DNA of 51,039 nt from a virus (taxonomy: Duplodnaviria; Caudoviricetes): positions 1 to 51,039 of IMG/VR virus record IMGVR_UViG_3300020477_000003; one strand, given 5' to 3'. Both the position numbers and the translations under genes were made by a program. The notes beneath the pieces were generated by a model. It was given only the letters and a program-made list of their open reading frames with translations, searched no databases and had not been told where the DNA came from. Position 1 is the stretch's first letter; every line of letters starts with the position of its first letter. This document shows, piece by piece, positions 8,482-18,435 of this stretch.

Positions 8482-8826
8482 ATGAACGCAGAGATTTTTT
8501 GCTACATGAACCCATCAGCACCGGCAGCGGAGGACCGGTATCCGGTCCCGTTCTTTCAGTCCGCCAAGAGCGCTGCCCTGGTTTCATTTTCGGTTGATGA
8601 CAAAAATCGCTATGCTTTTGTTTTTGAAGTAGTTGATGCACACAAAGAAAATTTTGCAGATCGAGGCGTGTTGCTAAAGATACCTGGCAACCAATTCGTT
8701 TTGCATTCAAATGAACTGGGCGTTTTTAATGTCCGGTGGCGCTCTGTTGACATATCCCAGGATGACCCTGGGATCGTTACCGAGTGGCTTTTTCAAGGGG
8801 AGAGGATAGATGTTATTTTTAACTGA
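8482..8826 (+). CDS. Hypothetical protein
   Basis: Operon context. Confidence 0.6.
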   Translation: MNAEIFCYMNPSAPAAEDRYPVPFFQSAKSAALVSFSVDDKNRYAFVFEVVDAHKENFADRGVLLKIPGNQFVLHSNELGVFNVRWRSVDISQDDPGIVTEWLFQGERIDVIFN

Positions 8827-9112
8827 TTCATTCAGGATGGACATGCTACCAAGACAGGAAACACAGGTCCAGGTAGTCCCAATCCATCCATCAAACGTAA
8901 GAGACATAATTTCGAGGCACAGCAGTTTTATGTGCTGCTTCAGAAAAGAGCCCATCGCCAAAAGATTCGTAGAGGAAACCGGATTTGACGCTGTTATCAA
9001 CGGCGGTCGCATAAATATATCCTCTGGCGACAAGCTTATTAACGTAAGCGTAAACGATGAGGGTGAGCTGGTTTTATGGTGGATAAACCCCCTTTATTTT
9101 GAGGAGTGTTAA
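8810..9112 (+). CDS. Divergent DUF1874 (STIV B116/AcrIII-1)-like protein
   Basis: MLFLTDSFRMDMLP...FMCCFRKEPIA...INGGRINISSGDKLI parallels the family pattern MLYLLNAFSLNML...FVSAVGH..TA...NR..I.L..GD.LI; GAGGA RBS. Confidence 0.5.
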   Translation: MLFLTDSFRMDMLPRQETQVQVVPIHPSNVRDIISRHSSFMCCFRKEPIAKRFVEETGFDAVINGGRINISSGDKLINVSVNDEGELVLWWINPLYFEEC

Positions 9113-9113
9113 A

Positions 9114-9347
9114 ATGTCAAAAGATAAAAAGATTAAGTTTTTAAGAGAAATCGAAAAAAACGGCCTAACAGCCTCAGATATCACAGCAGAGTATTCCTTT
9201 CTGAGCAAGCGGCAAGTGATCAATGCCATCAAGACTGGAAGGCTCCGTGCCATCAGGCTTGGGAGTGGGCGCGGTGCGGCACCATACATGACAACAAGGC
9301 GAGAGGTTGAAAAATGGATAGACCAGAATTTCGAGATGAATACCTGA
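9114..9347 (+). CDS. Excisionase-like helix-turn-helix DNA-binding protein
   Basis: LTASDI...LSKRQVINAIKTGRLRAIRLG...YMTTRREVEKWI; GAGGAG RBS. Confidence 0.75.
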   Translation: MSKDKKIKFLREIEKNGLTASDITAEYSFLSKRQVINAIKTGRLRAIRLGSGRGAAPYMTTRREVEKWIDQNFEMNT

Positions 9348-9592
9348 ACATGGTTTTCTTTTTTACAAGGGAAACATGCGATGACTTAAAAATACCTTTT
9401 AGTGGGGAGGCTGAGATTGTGTACAAAATTGGCGTTTCAGAGCTTCTTGAAAAGATTAAAAGGTCTTGCGCATCAGATCTTCTGGAGCCCTTTAAGGGGT
9501 GCATTGTTACGATTGCTCGTTTTTCTCATTTATCGGCAGGCGGGTATCAAATTGTCGGATTTTATGATCCGGCGTCCCAAACATTCACCTAG
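9314..9592 (+). CDS. Hypothetical protein
   Basis: GAGAGG RBS, operon context. Confidence 0.5.
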   Translation: MDRPEFRDEYLNMVFFFTRETCDDLKIPFSGEAEIVYKIGVSELLEKIKRSCASDLLEPFKGCIVTIARFSHLSAGGYQIVGFYDPASQTFT

Positions 9593-9602
9593 AGGAGCCA
9601 CT

Positions 9603-9815
9603 GTGATAACAAGAGAGAGGGGGAGGTTTGCAGAGGCCGATTTGAAACCTAAAAAAATATCCAACGGTGTTGACAGATGCTTTACATGCAGTCTTTTTGG
9701 GGGTGAGCCCGAGATAAATTGCGAAAAATGCGGCATAAAGCTTAAGTGCGAGCACTGCGGAATGGCAGACGTAAAAATACACTCCTGCACACAGGGGCCG
9801 GAGGAGGCGCAATGA
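9603..9815 (+). CDS. Small Zn-finger-like protein
   Basis: GAGGAG RBS plus GTG start; three CxxC motifs. Confidence 0.55.
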   Translation: MITRERGRFAEADLKPKKISNGVDRCFTCSLFGGEPEINCEKCGIKLKCEHCGMADVKIHSCTQGPEEAQ

Positions 9816-10336
9816 CCGCGAGAAACAGCCTTGCAGCAAAACTCTTAAAAATTGCAAACGAATCACTGGAGAACAGCGAGAGAGATTTCGCCATAGTGAA
9901 AATTTTTTCAACCTACAACATTCAAATGAAAAGAAATCACAAGAAAGATCCAGAAACCAGCGCGAGAAAAGAGGCTTCGCAGAGAATGAGCCTGGCAATG
10001 GGCGAGAAAGTGCTTTGCGCAGAAGAAATTCTTGATGTCTTGCATCCGTTTCGAGTGCAGGAGATAAAAAAGAAATACACACCCAGGCCCCATCGATCAC
10101 CAAGAAGAAAATGCATGACGGCAGCAGTTGTTTGCCTGGCGGGATATAAGGAATCAAAATCAATAAGCTATGGGCAGGTTGGGGGCGGACCACCGTCAAA
10201 AGCTGGATCTAAGAAAATATGCCCCAAGTGCAATTCGATGGGTTTGCACCTCGCGGTAGGGTATAAAGAAAGATACTACAGTTGTGTATACTGTGGGTTT
10301 CATAAGGATCTTGAAACAAAAACTTTAAACTACTGA
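9812..10336 (+). CDS. Basic hypothetical protein with C-terminal Zn ribbon
   Basis: GGAGGAGG RBS; CPKC...CVYCG. Confidence 0.6.
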   Translation: MTARNSLAAKLLKIANESLENSERDFAIVKIFSTYNIQMKRNHKKDPETSARKEASQRMSLAMGEKVLCAEEILDVLHPFRVQEIKKKYTPRPHRSPRRKCMTAAVVCLAGYKESKSISYGQVGGGPPSKAGSKKICPKCNSMGLHLAVGYKERYYSCVYCGFHKDLETKTLNY

Positions 10337-10343
10337 GGCGCAC

Positions 10344-10502
10344 ATGACCCATCACGAAATTCAAGCCAGGCTTGAAAGCATTGAAGAAAAAGCGAAAAAA
10401 GCCTGCGAAGAGGCTGCAATATGCAAAGAAGCCATCAAAAAAATAATGAGTCAAAACGCCCAATACAAAGAAAAGCTCATAGAGTGCGGCTATCTAGTTT
10501 AG
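10344..10502 (+). CDS. Small coiled-coil protein (52 aa, absent from ORF track)
   Basis: GAGG RBS; last gene of the + operon, converging on ruvC. Confidence 0.5.
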   Translation: MTHHEIQARLESIEEKAKKACEEAAICKEAIKKIMSQNAQYKEKLIECGYLV

Positions 10503-10961
10503 GAACTTTATAAATGCAGCAGCACCCATCGCAATCGCCTCAGCCTCATCATGGGCAGCGCCACCCCTCGGTCCCTCAATCTTCCTCCCGACGTGTGCTT
10601 CGGCCCACTTTAAAACAACCTCTTTTGCCTCATCTCTGTTCTTTGGGCGTAGGCCTAGCGTTGCACGCCATTGTGTGGGCAGAGGCCGCCATACGAGGGC
10701 GTCGCGCCAGTAAGAATAGCAGTATCCCTCGATAAATCCGGCAGTCTTGCAAAGCTTTAGAATTCCGCTTATGTAGCCCGCCGATTGCATTGGCACATAG
10801 GCCCCTTCGATGACTACAATGTCCACGGTCGCCGGTTCAATATAATTGCGAACTATTTGAACTGCCTTTTCACGGTCTTCAGTGCCAGAAATTAAAACAT
10901 CTTTATCTTCGCGAACGCAGAACCCTGTTTTTGCGCCAGGATCGAAGCTTGCAATAATCAT
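10494..10961 (-). CDS. ruvC: RuvC-like Holliday junction resolvase
   Basis: IIASFDPGAKTG, VVIEG, P.QWR, HDEAEAIAM. Confidence 0.82.
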   Translation of the reverse strand: MIIASFDPGAKTGFCVREDKDVLISGTEDREKAVQIVRNYIEPATVDIVVIEGAYVPMQSAGYISGILKLCKTAGFIEGYCYSYWRDALVWRPLPTQWRATLGLRPKNRDEAKEVVLKWAEAHVGRKIEGPRGGAAHDEAEAIAMGAAAFIKFLN

Positions 10962-11659
10962 GCGGCCTCGGGCTCAACCGTAATGCCCGAAAGGCGCTCC
11001 AGGGCTTTTTGATAAATTTCTTCCCTTATTTCACAGCCTATGGATTTTCTCCCCAGCATTGTAGCGGCTGCAAGCGTAGTGGCACCACCCGCAAAAGGAT
11101 CGCACACAAGATCGCCAGACTTCGTGTAATCCTCTACAAGCTTCTTCATTAACCAAATAGGCTTACCCCCTACGGCAATCTTTTTACGCTCGTAGTGGCC
11201 CTTCTCCAGAACGTAGGCACCAGGTCTGCATCCCCAACGGCTGTAGGTTTTATTTCTAGGTCGAGCCACCATGATGTAATCAGCCCATGATGCTGGACCG
11301 TCACCGAGCAGTCTCGGCACCTTGCGGATGAACGGCAACGGCGCGAATGAGTATAGCCCGATCTCTCTAAATGCTTGTTCCCATACCGGCACTAAATCAT
11401 GCGAAGTGATGCACGCCCACCATCCCTTGTTTCGATGCTGCCATGCGTAAACAAATTCAAAAACGTCCGCTGGGTGAAAATGCTTATACGATATAGGTCT
11501 GCGGATATCTTGGCCCGTTGCTGATTTCTGCTGTACCGCAGCAGCCACGTCGCCCTTGTGGGTTCTAGCTCCAAAGGGCGGGTCCGTAATAATAGCGTCT
11601 ACTTCTTCAACGTCGGAAAGCTGTTCGCGCCAGTCCCCAAGCTTCAATGTCCAGGTCAT
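10958..11659 (-). CDS. N6-adenine/N4-cytosine DNA methyltransferase (beta class)
   Basis: IITDPPF (motif IV) precedes DPFAGGATT (motif I); KP..LM; GCEI. Confidence 0.9.
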   Translation of the reverse strand: MTWTLKLGDWREQLSDVEEVDAIITDPPFGARTHKGDVAAAVQQKSATGQDIRRPISYKHFHPADVFEFVYAWQHRNKGWWACITSHDLVPVWEQAFREIGLYSFAPLPFIRKVPRLLGDGPASWADYIMVARPRNKTYSRWGCRPGAYVLEKGHYERKKIAVGGKPIWLMKKLVEDYTKSGDLVCDPFAGGATTLAAATMLGRKSIGCEIREEIYQKALERLSGITVEPEAA

Positions 11660-11668
11660 TCTTGCTCC

Positions 11669-11917
11669 TTAATATTCGATAGGAATGCAGTGACCCAGTG
11701 TGGCTAAGAAAGTTAAAATACCGGCAAGCCATTTTAATGCCGTAAGACCCCCATCGATCCGGCCTTCAAATTCTTTATAGGCTGCTAGTTTTTCAAGTAT
11801 TGGTTGCTGCTGCTCCTCAAGACTTTCGGCACGCAGCGTAAGGTTTTCGATTTCTCGTTCGAGCGATTCGTTTTTCTCTTCTAGCTCGTCTACTCGCTCT
11901 TTCAGGGTTTGCGCCAC
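11669..11917 (-). CDS. Coiled-coil protein with C-terminal hydrophobic segment
   Basis: AGGAG RBS, GTG start, heptad pattern. Confidence 0.6.
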   Translation of the reverse strand: MAQTLKERVDELEEKNESLEREIENLTLRAESLEEQQQPILEKLAAYKEFEGRIDGGLTALKWLAGILTFLATLGHCIPIEY

Positions 11918-11956
11918 GGCCTACTCCTGCGGGCCGTGGCACACGCAACGGGCCGC

Positions 11957-12310
11957 CTAAAAGGGGATATCATTACTGCTGTTTGAGCCGCCATTGTCCT
12001 GACTTTTAGGGGATAAAAGCTGCACACTGTTGGCTAATACTTCCGTAGTGTACACAGTCTGGCCGTCTTTTTCATAGGAACGCTGACTTAAGCGTCCAAT
12101 AATCCCAAGCTTTGTGCCTTTTTTGGCGTAAGCCTCTAAAATCTCAGCGGTTTTTCCAAACGCAACGATCTTGTGCCACTCGGTTGTTTTTTCTTTTTTT
12201 ACGAATTCATTGGTGGCGATACTAAAATTAGCAATCTTGATCGCACCATCATGGATCTTCGGGTCTTGGCCCAAATTCCCAACAAGAACTACATTATTAA
12301 CACTAGACAT
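11957..12310 (-). CDS. ssb: Single-stranded DNA-binding protein
   Basis: VNNVVLVGNLGQDP, TEWHKIVAFGKTAE, C-terminal DIPF; AAGGAG RBS before ATG 12310. Confidence 0.95.
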   Translation of the reverse strand: MSSVNNVVLVGNLGQDPKIHDGAIKIANFSIATNEFVKKEKTTEWHKIVAFGKTAEILEAYAKKGTKLGIIGRLSQRSYEKDGQTVYTTEVLANSVQLLSPKSQDNGGSNSSNDIPF

Positions 12311-12320
12311 ATTCTCTCCT

Positions 12321-12632
12321 TTAGTTGACATGTTCCTCTTTTTCGTTGCCCACGCCAGAAATTCGCTCCTGGGCGTCAAACAGCATCTCCCAGAAATCTG
12401 AATCCAAAGTGCGAGCATCATTAATAAAAACCATAAGCATATGCACGGCCATTTCTCTTCCATACGTTTCTTTAATTATCTCAATATGCTTTGAAATGCC
12501 GCATCCCATCGCTTCGGTGAATTCGCTTAAAAATTGAATCAATTCGCTATCGCTCGTGCATCGTGCCTGGCCGTTGTGCAGCAGCAAGTGAAAAAATGTA
12601 AGGACTTCGTGTTTTGCATTGTCATTTGGCAT
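12321..12632 (-). CDS. Hypothetical protein
   Basis: AAGGAG RBS. Confidence 0.65.
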   Translation of the reverse strand: MPNDNAKHEVLTFFHLLLHNGQARCTSDSELIQFLSEFTEAMGCGISKHIEIIKETYGREMAVHMLMVFINDARTLDSDFWEMLFDAQERISGVGNEKEEHVN

Positions 12633-13041
12633 AAATATCTCCTTCGAGTCTTGCTATGGTTATCTTTTCTTTTCCGTAGGAGACCTCAAAAAAATCTCCC
12701 CCCTCCTGCGAATAAAGACTCACCGGAACGCGCAGATACACATAATTAGAGCCTTTTTTTTTCGTGGATTTGTAGTATCTCTTTTCATTGATCTTGGGAA
12801 GCCTTTTTGGTTTGTCGTGCAGTATTTGATTTTTCTCATACCAAACGTCCAACTTCTGCTGCTCTGCTTTTGGCGCAAATTCTGAAGTGCCGCAAAGAAC
12901 AGCGTCAACAATTTTTCTTTGCTTCCCCCACGGCCAGTCAGCGATTTTATCGATAAGCCCTACGGCCCCCCTGTCTAAGAACAAGCCAACAAAATCATCT
13001 AAAAAATGATATTTACCATTGTGCTTAATTCTTTTTACCAC
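12622..13041 (-). CDS. Hypothetical protein with possible C-terminal AbrB-like DNA-binding domain
   Basis: YLRVPVSL...GDFFEVSYGKEKITIARL resembles the swapped-hairpin pattern. Confidence 0.45.
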   Translation of the reverse strand: MVKRIKHNGKYHFLDDFVGLFLDRGAVGLIDKIADWPWGKQRKIVDAVLCGTSEFAPKAEQQKLDVWYEKNQILHDKPKRLPKINEKRYYKSTKKKGSNYVYLRVPVSLYSQEGGDFFEVSYGKEKITIARLEGDIYAK

Positions 13042-15986
13042 TGCAAAGACTCTTCATTCTCGGGCCACATTGACATGCCCATGTCTCGGCGGGCGGCCTC
13101 AAACTCAGCCTTGCTGGTTTTCGTCGGCTCTTCACCGCCATATAGACTAAGCAAGTCGCATGCTTTATCGTTGAACACGACACACGTCACAACCGCCTTG
13201 GGGCCTATTCTAACAGATTTTGTTGGTGAGCCAGATCTGTTGGATTTTGTTTCACACCACCCGCGATCAACCCACTGAGATTTTATCGCCCTGGGGGCGT
13301 ACCCATTCATTTTCAGTGTTTTTTCGATAACGCCGTTGTTGACGGAAATACGAATCATTTTCCCGTCTTTGGTTTCAATGCGTGCGATATAGCTCTTGTT
13401 TGGTTTGGGCGCAAAAGCTGACCCAGAGTTTCCGGCAAGAGTGCTGTCGTAATCGACCTTCCCGTCTTCCACTAGCAAAACTCGATCCATGTTTATGTCC
13501 AGATATTGCCCTAAGCAGTAAAGCGCAGACTTTTCACGATCAGAAGCGTCCGCATTGTCACGACATTTGCTCCATATTTCTGCAATGGCGCTTTCAAGCT
13601 CCGCGTCAGACACGTCCAATATGCCAGCCTCTTGAACAAGTTTTGCACACAGAGAAATGACCGCCATTGAGCTTGCAAGACGAATCAAAATGTCTTGGTT
13701 CCGAGTGGTGAATTTTTTGGCAATATCTCTATGTGCCTTTCGCCATTCGGGCCACCTTTCCTGGTTTTCGATAAGGTAAGAAACAAACAGCGGGCCTGCC
13801 CATCCGTAGTTTGCCAGGACTCGCTCCATGTTTTCAGAAATCTCAAAAGCAAAATCTTTACCACTTCGGGTAAACATCGGCCCAGATACTTGCAGCACCC
13901 TGGCCATAATGCCGCCAGCGGGCGAAAAGTCTGTAATGCTGTCCTCTCCGGTAGAGACAAGAATCGTCTTAAAGTTTTTATCCATGGCGGTGCCGGTAAT
14001 GGTGCCGCGCCCCCTGCCTTGCCCGTTGGCAATCGAGTAAACGATGCTACAAAGCTCATCAAGATCTTTTGCTGCCTTTGTGTCGTCCATAAGCAGCGGC
14101 AAGTGATTGCGGCCAAACGCAGAGCGTTCAATGTTCGTTCTGGTGCTGTCCCAGGACTTTATAAATGATCCTCGCGAAGACCTGTCTGGATTGCCCCAAA
14201 TAGACGCTGCAAACGTTAGCCCAGTCGTTTTGCCGGATGATGTTCTGTTGCAGAAATCTAAGACAAAATTATTCTGCTTTAAAATATCCAAAAGCGGCGC
14301 AGAAAAAGAAGCAAGCACCATCACCAGCATGTTGGGGTGTTTGACGGCCCACTGTATTGATGATTTCCACTCGGGATACTCCCCAGAGGCGTTAAGAGAT
14401 GCCGCCAACTGCTGCTCGCCATCGGAAGACCCCCTGAAGGCAATACAGCGATCAGGCCAGTGCTTTGCTTGTGCTTGTGACAGGTCAACATTCCCGCCAA
14501 TCCCGTTTTTATTGATGTATCTTTGCCCAAGCAAAAACCCAATCTCGTCATCAATAACTTGCCATCCCATTCTTGAGCTCGCCAGGGCGTACTTCATGTT
14601 TTGCTCGTTTTCGAGGTCAAAACATCTTAAAAAGCTTGTTATGGCGGTGGCGTTATCGGAACTGATGCTTAGCCCCTTGTCGGCATACTCCACAAGCCTT
14701 TGCCTGTTCATGAGATCTTTTTTTGGCGCGATGCAATGCCGCCAGCGTCCGCGTCGCATAAAAGAAAGCTGTGCGTACTCGGTGCTGTCATCAACATCTT
14801 CCATGACCGCGCCTATATATAAAGGCTGAGAAGTGATTTCTTTTACCTGTTTGCCATCCATGTGTCTTAGGGCGCTGTCTTCCCAAATATAGTTTTTCGG
14901 CATTTTTAATCGAGCTTGGCCGTCATACCTGAACCTGCGAAAACAATCAGACAAAAGCCTTTCCTCTTTTTGCTGCTCAAGCTCAATGCCAAACTTTTTT
15001 GCAAACTTTAGCGTGCTAACATTGCACGACTCGTGAAAGCACTTGTACGCAAAACCGGTTTCGGTGATTCTTATATAGCCCGAAACGTCCACATTGTCGC
15101 ACTCAGGGCATACAAACTTGTAAATAAGGTCACCATTGCTTGTTGCGGGATTCGACTTGTTGACTATTTTGATGCCAGACTTTTTCTCTATCTCGTCAAT
15201 GCTTGCACTGCTTTTATTTATTACTTTTGGCGTGTGAAACTCTTTAATATGTCGGTGCAGAAGAGCGATTTTTTCGATTAAAGGGGGGGTCACGGGCTCT
15301 GGGGCATCCGCGTAGAAAATGTTTTTACACATTCGATGAGGGCGATCTGGGGTATTGGGGCCTTTTCTGTTCATAGTGCCTGGGATTCTCACAACCCTGT
15401 TGGCATTCTTTACGCTCGTGTCTATTTTCGCGTCCCGAGTCCCTACAAAGTGAGACAAAACGCTAAGGGTGTCCCCAATGAAATCGCTAAGATCAACAGA
15501 GAAAGAGCACAAGTAGAAAATATGATATCCATTTCCAGAGTCGTTTATGCATGCGGGCTCGGGCCATCCGTGGGACTCAAGATATTCAACGACTTTATAT
15601 GCTACCTCTTTTGCGGTGTCCTTTTCCTTTTGCGTGGCACAGCAATCGCCCTTTTTCCCCCTGGTGGGGTCTATGTCAATATAGATATAGTTAATCTCAT
15701 CTATATCTTCCTGGCGGCAGGCAACACCACCAGATATTTTTCCGATAGATTTTTTGGACTTAGACTGCTTAGGGGTGTTGAAGGTGGCAAAATACGCCAC
15801 CTTTTCGTCAAGATTTTCTATTTCTGAGATTAAAAGATCAACATTAGACAGGTTATAATAACCGCTGCCATGCGGTGCCCTACCTCTGAATGTCCTAACC
15901 TCTCTGTGTGCATTTTTTTCTCCGCATAGAAACTTAAAGAATTTTGCGATTTCCTCTTTTGCTTTTCGGTTAAGACTTTGCCCCAT
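13035..15986 (-). CDS. Primase-helicase: AEP-like primase, Zn-binding region and DUF927/Cch-like helicase
   Basis: YIDIDP, DSGNGYH, NRVVRIPGT; CPEC...CFHESC; Walker A TSSGKTT; Walker B LLMDD; ANGQGRGR; STGE. Confidence 0.88.
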   Translation of the reverse strand: MGQSLNRKAKEEIAKFFKFLCGEKNAHREVRTFRGRAPHGSGYYNLSNVDLLISEIENLDEKVAYFATFNTPKQSKSKKSIGKISGGVACRQEDIDEINYIYIDIDPTRGKKGDCCATQKEKDTAKEVAYKVVEYLESHGWPEPACINDSGNGYHIFYLCSFSVDLSDFIGDTLSVLSHFVGTRDAKIDTSVKNANRVVRIPGTMNRKGPNTPDRPHRMCKNIFYADAPEPVTPPLIEKIALLHRHIKEFHTPKVINKSSASIDEIEKKSGIKIVNKSNPATSNGDLIYKFVCPECDNVDVSGYIRITETGFAYKCFHESCNVSTLKFAKKFGIELEQQKEERLLSDCFRRFRYDGQARLKMPKNYIWEDSALRHMDGKQVKEITSQPLYIGAVMEDVDDSTEYAQLSFMRRGRWRHCIAPKKDLMNRQRLVEYADKGLSISSDNATAITSFLRCFDLENEQNMKYALASSRMGWQVIDDEIGFLLGQRYINKNGIGGNVDLSQAQAKHWPDRCIAFRGSSDGEQQLAASLNASGEYPEWKSSIQWAVKHPNMLVMVLASFSAPLLDILKQNNFVLDFCNRTSSGKTTGLTFAASIWGNPDRSSRGSFIKSWDSTRTNIERSAFGRNHLPLLMDDTKAAKDLDELCSIVYSIANGQGRGRGTITGTAMDKNFKTILVSTGEDSITDFSPAGGIMARVLQVSGPMFTRSGKDFAFEISENMERVLANYGWAGPLFVSYLIENQERWPEWRKAHRDIAKKFTTRNQDILIRLASSMAVISLCAKLVQEAGILDVSDAELESAIAEIWSKCRDNADASDREKSALYCLGQYLDINMDRVLLVEDGKVDYDSTLAGNSGSAFAPKPNKSYIARIETKDGKMIRISVNNGVIEKTLKMNGYAPRAIKSQWVDRGWCETKSNRSGSPTKSVRIGPKAVVTCVVFNDKACDLLSLYGGEEPTKTSKAEFEAARRDMGMSMWPENEESLQW

Positions 15987-17463
15987 CGCCGCCCCTCTTT
16001 TTTCTTAAATTCCAATATTTAAAAGTTTCATTTCCGCTTAGAATACCATCCTCGTGCGGAAATTTCCCATATAAATGTTTATATTTATAACAGGAAACCC
16101 AAAAACTTCTTTTTTCTTTTTTGTCGCGATCCTCAAGCTCGAAGAACTTGAGCCTTCTCTTAATTATCTCCCCCTGCGTCAAGGGGGTTTCTGTTTGGTT
16201 TTTTCTTAGCCTTCTTAGTCTATATTCTTTTTGCTTCAGTTTGGTTTGATTTTCTTGTTTTTTAAAGCCACAACTGCACGATTTTAAATCAATGGGCACG
16301 GCAGCCATGCATCGAGGGCAAACCCATGCGCCGTTTTCGCCGTCCTTTTTGTTTTGTGGCGCGGGACGATCCGATAGGCCAGCAGACAAATCCGCAGGGG
16401 GGTCGTTTGTTGGCCATGTGTGGCGCGTCACGTTTTTTCCATAGTCGAGTATTACTGCATGTTTTTTGCCATCATTTATGCGCAGCCCGCGTCCGACCAT
16501 CTGCTTGTAGAGCGCCATCGACATTGTGGGGCGAGCAAGAATCAGGGCCGACACAGCAGGACAATCAAACCCCTCTGTCAATACACCAAAATTTGAAACT
16601 ACGCGGATCTCTCCCATGGCGAGCCGGCGAAGCATGCTCTCCCTGTCCTTTTTTGGGGTTTCGCCGTCTATGTGACCAGCAGGAATGCCTTTTTCATTGA
16701 AAACAGCGCACAAAGACTTGCTGTGCTGCACTGATGAGGCAAAAACAAGCGTTTGCATGCCATTGCAATACTTTTCCCAGTCCGTGGCTACGTTCTCCAT
16801 CAGATCGCGATCTACGAAAATTTGCTCAAGCTCTGATTTGGCAAAATCGCCTTTCTCGATTTTTATCTTAGAAAAATTTATAACTTGTGGAACCCATACC
16901 TCGCAGGCAGACAAATACCCTTGCTCCACCAGCGAGCCGGTGGTCTCTATCGCCACCAACCCCTTGAAAAGCGTATAGTCATCAATTGATCCAAGCCCTC
17001 TGCCGTCCGACCTGTAAGGAGTGGCCGACAGCCCCATGACGGTCGCCTGGGGGTACATTTTCAGAATTTTTACATAGCTATTGGCCACGGCATGATGCGC
17101 CTCGTCAACAATGATAAGGTCTGGGGATATAGAGGCCATGTACTTTTTTCGGCGCACACAAGTCTGAACAGATCCCACCTGGACTGGTTTTTCAGGTATG
17201 CATCTTTTGTCCCCAGCCAAAATAATAGAGCAATCAAGGCCGAACCCGCTGAAGCGCTCATAGGCCTGGAATATAAGCTCGCGGCGGTGCGCCAAGAATA
17301 GTGCTGTTTTACCTTTTGTGACGGCCAAAGATATGATTTCAGCGGCAATTGTCGTCTTTCCGCCACCGGTTGGAAGCTGCAACAGCACCCTTTTATGCGT
17401 TGCGGCTGCTTCCCTGCATCTATCAACGGCCTCTTGCTGGTAAGGGCGTAAAGATTGCCTCAT
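15970..17463 (-). CDS. Superfamily 2 DEAD/DEAH helicase
   Basis: LRPYQ, PTGGGKT, DEAHH, SATP, EGFDCP, QMVGRGLR, CPRC. Confidence 0.95.
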   Translation of the reverse strand: MRQSLRPYQQEAVDRCREAAATHKRVLLQLPTGGGKTTIAAEIISLAVTKGKTALFLAHRRELIFQAYERFSGFGLDCSIILAGDKRCIPEKPVQVGSVQTCVRRKKYMASISPDLIIVDEAHHAVANSYVKILKMYPQATVMGLSATPYRSDGRGLGSIDDYTLFKGLVAIETTGSLVEQGYLSACEVWVPQVINFSKIKIEKGDFAKSELEQIFVDRDLMENVATDWEKYCNGMQTLVFASSVQHSKSLCAVFNEKGIPAGHIDGETPKKDRESMLRRLAMGEIRVVSNFGVLTEGFDCPAVSALILARPTMSMALYKQMVGRGLRINDGKKHAVILDYGKNVTRHTWPTNDPPADLSAGLSDRPAPQNKKDGENGAWVCPRCMAAVPIDLKSCSCGFKKQENQTKLKQKEYRLRRLRKNQTETPLTQGEIIKRRLKFFELEDRDKKEKRSFWVSCYKYKHLYGKFPHEDGILSGNETFKYWNLRKKRGGDGAKS

Positions 17464-17723
17464 CTGTCATTGTTTTCTTCTTTTGGTTTGGTTTTTTTGA
17501 TCGTGATGCCGAGCACGCTGTTTAAGAACTTTTCTTTTTGCGATGTGGTGCTAAATTTTTGCAAATCAGAGGGTTTCCCGCCTTTGGTCTCTATCCACCT
17601 TCTGATCTTCCATCCGAAGGTGGGGTTTTCGGGCACATAGCAATCAGGGCAATAAGAGATTTCGCCTGGTCGTGCAAAACACATATTGCCGCAGGTGGCG
17701 CAGGGGCGCACATGGTCAGCCAT
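17460..17723 (-). CDS. Small Zn-finger protein
   Basis: CATCG...CPDC. Confidence 0.6.
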   Translation of the reverse strand: MADHVRPCATCGNMCFARPGEISYCPDCYVPENPTFGWKIRRWIETKGGKPSDLQKFSTTSQKEKFLNSVLGITIKKTKPKEENNDR

Positions 17724-18435
17724 TCTTTAAAGCTTCCTTGATTGCTTTTGCGCCCTTAAGGTTCTTGGGATTTATTTTTACTGGCTTTTTATCTTCAACC
17801 ACCTCTGGTGCCGGCGCGGCATTGGCGGCAGCTACCGGCTGGGGATCGTCTTGAACAATGCTAATATCATCTTGGATTTCTTCGGTCGTATAAATGGCGC
17901 CAGTAAAAATATCGGCACAATACCACCGAGCACCGTTGCTGATGGCGCGAGCAAAAAGCATGTTTTTAGGGTAGCGTTTCCAGTTTGCGCGACCCCCAAT
18001 GCCGGCCTTAGAAGCATCGGCCATCGTAAACGAAGACACTCCTACAGCCTCCCATGCGCCATCAAGCTTTTCCTTGAACTCAAGCTCGCACTCGGTTTCA
18101 GTGTGTTTTTTAACGATAAACCGGTACTTCCCAGAAGCCTTGATGCGCGACGCAATAAGCCCTGAAGACAACGTTGGCTTCCCTTCAACGATGTGGATTC
18201 CAGCCATGCTGGCAATCGGTGGCACACCAAGCTCCATGCCTGCCTGGACCTTTACAATGGCTTTCGCCACGTCCTGGGCATCTTTAAAGTATCCTGACGC
18301 CGCAGACGCGCTGCAAAACCGTTTCAGGTCTTCAAATGAATGCAACACAATGCCACGCGCACCAACTTCTTCTTGTTTATGTAGAACCATAGCAACCCCT
18401 TTTTGTTGTTGTTCTTTTTTATTGTTTTCTGTCAT
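17716..18435 (-). CDS. RecT/Redbeta-like single-strand annealing protein
   Basis: GMELGVPP..M.GIHIVEGKP; NWKRYPKNMLFARA; adjacent to a YqaJ exonuclease gene. Confidence 0.75.
   Translation of the reverse strand: MTENNKKEQQQKGVAMVLHKQEEVGARGIVLHSFEDLKRFCSASAASGYFKDAQDVAKAIVKVQAGMELGVPPIASMAGIHIVEGKPTLSSGLIASRIKASGKYRFIVKKHTETECELEFKEKLDGAWEAVGVSSFTMADASKAGIGGRANWKRYPKNMLFARAISNGARWYCADIFTGAIYTTEEIQDDISIVQDDPQPVAAANAAPAPEVVEDKKPVKINPKNLKGAKAIKEALKNG

Noticed and set aside
9114-9347. Evidence for lysogeny from the excisionase-like HTH
   Set aside because: No integrase, repressor or partition genes were found; this HTH type is common in lytic phages
14107-14829. 240-aa antisense ORF inside the primase-helicase gene
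   Set aside because: Shadow of a strongly supported opposite-strand gene
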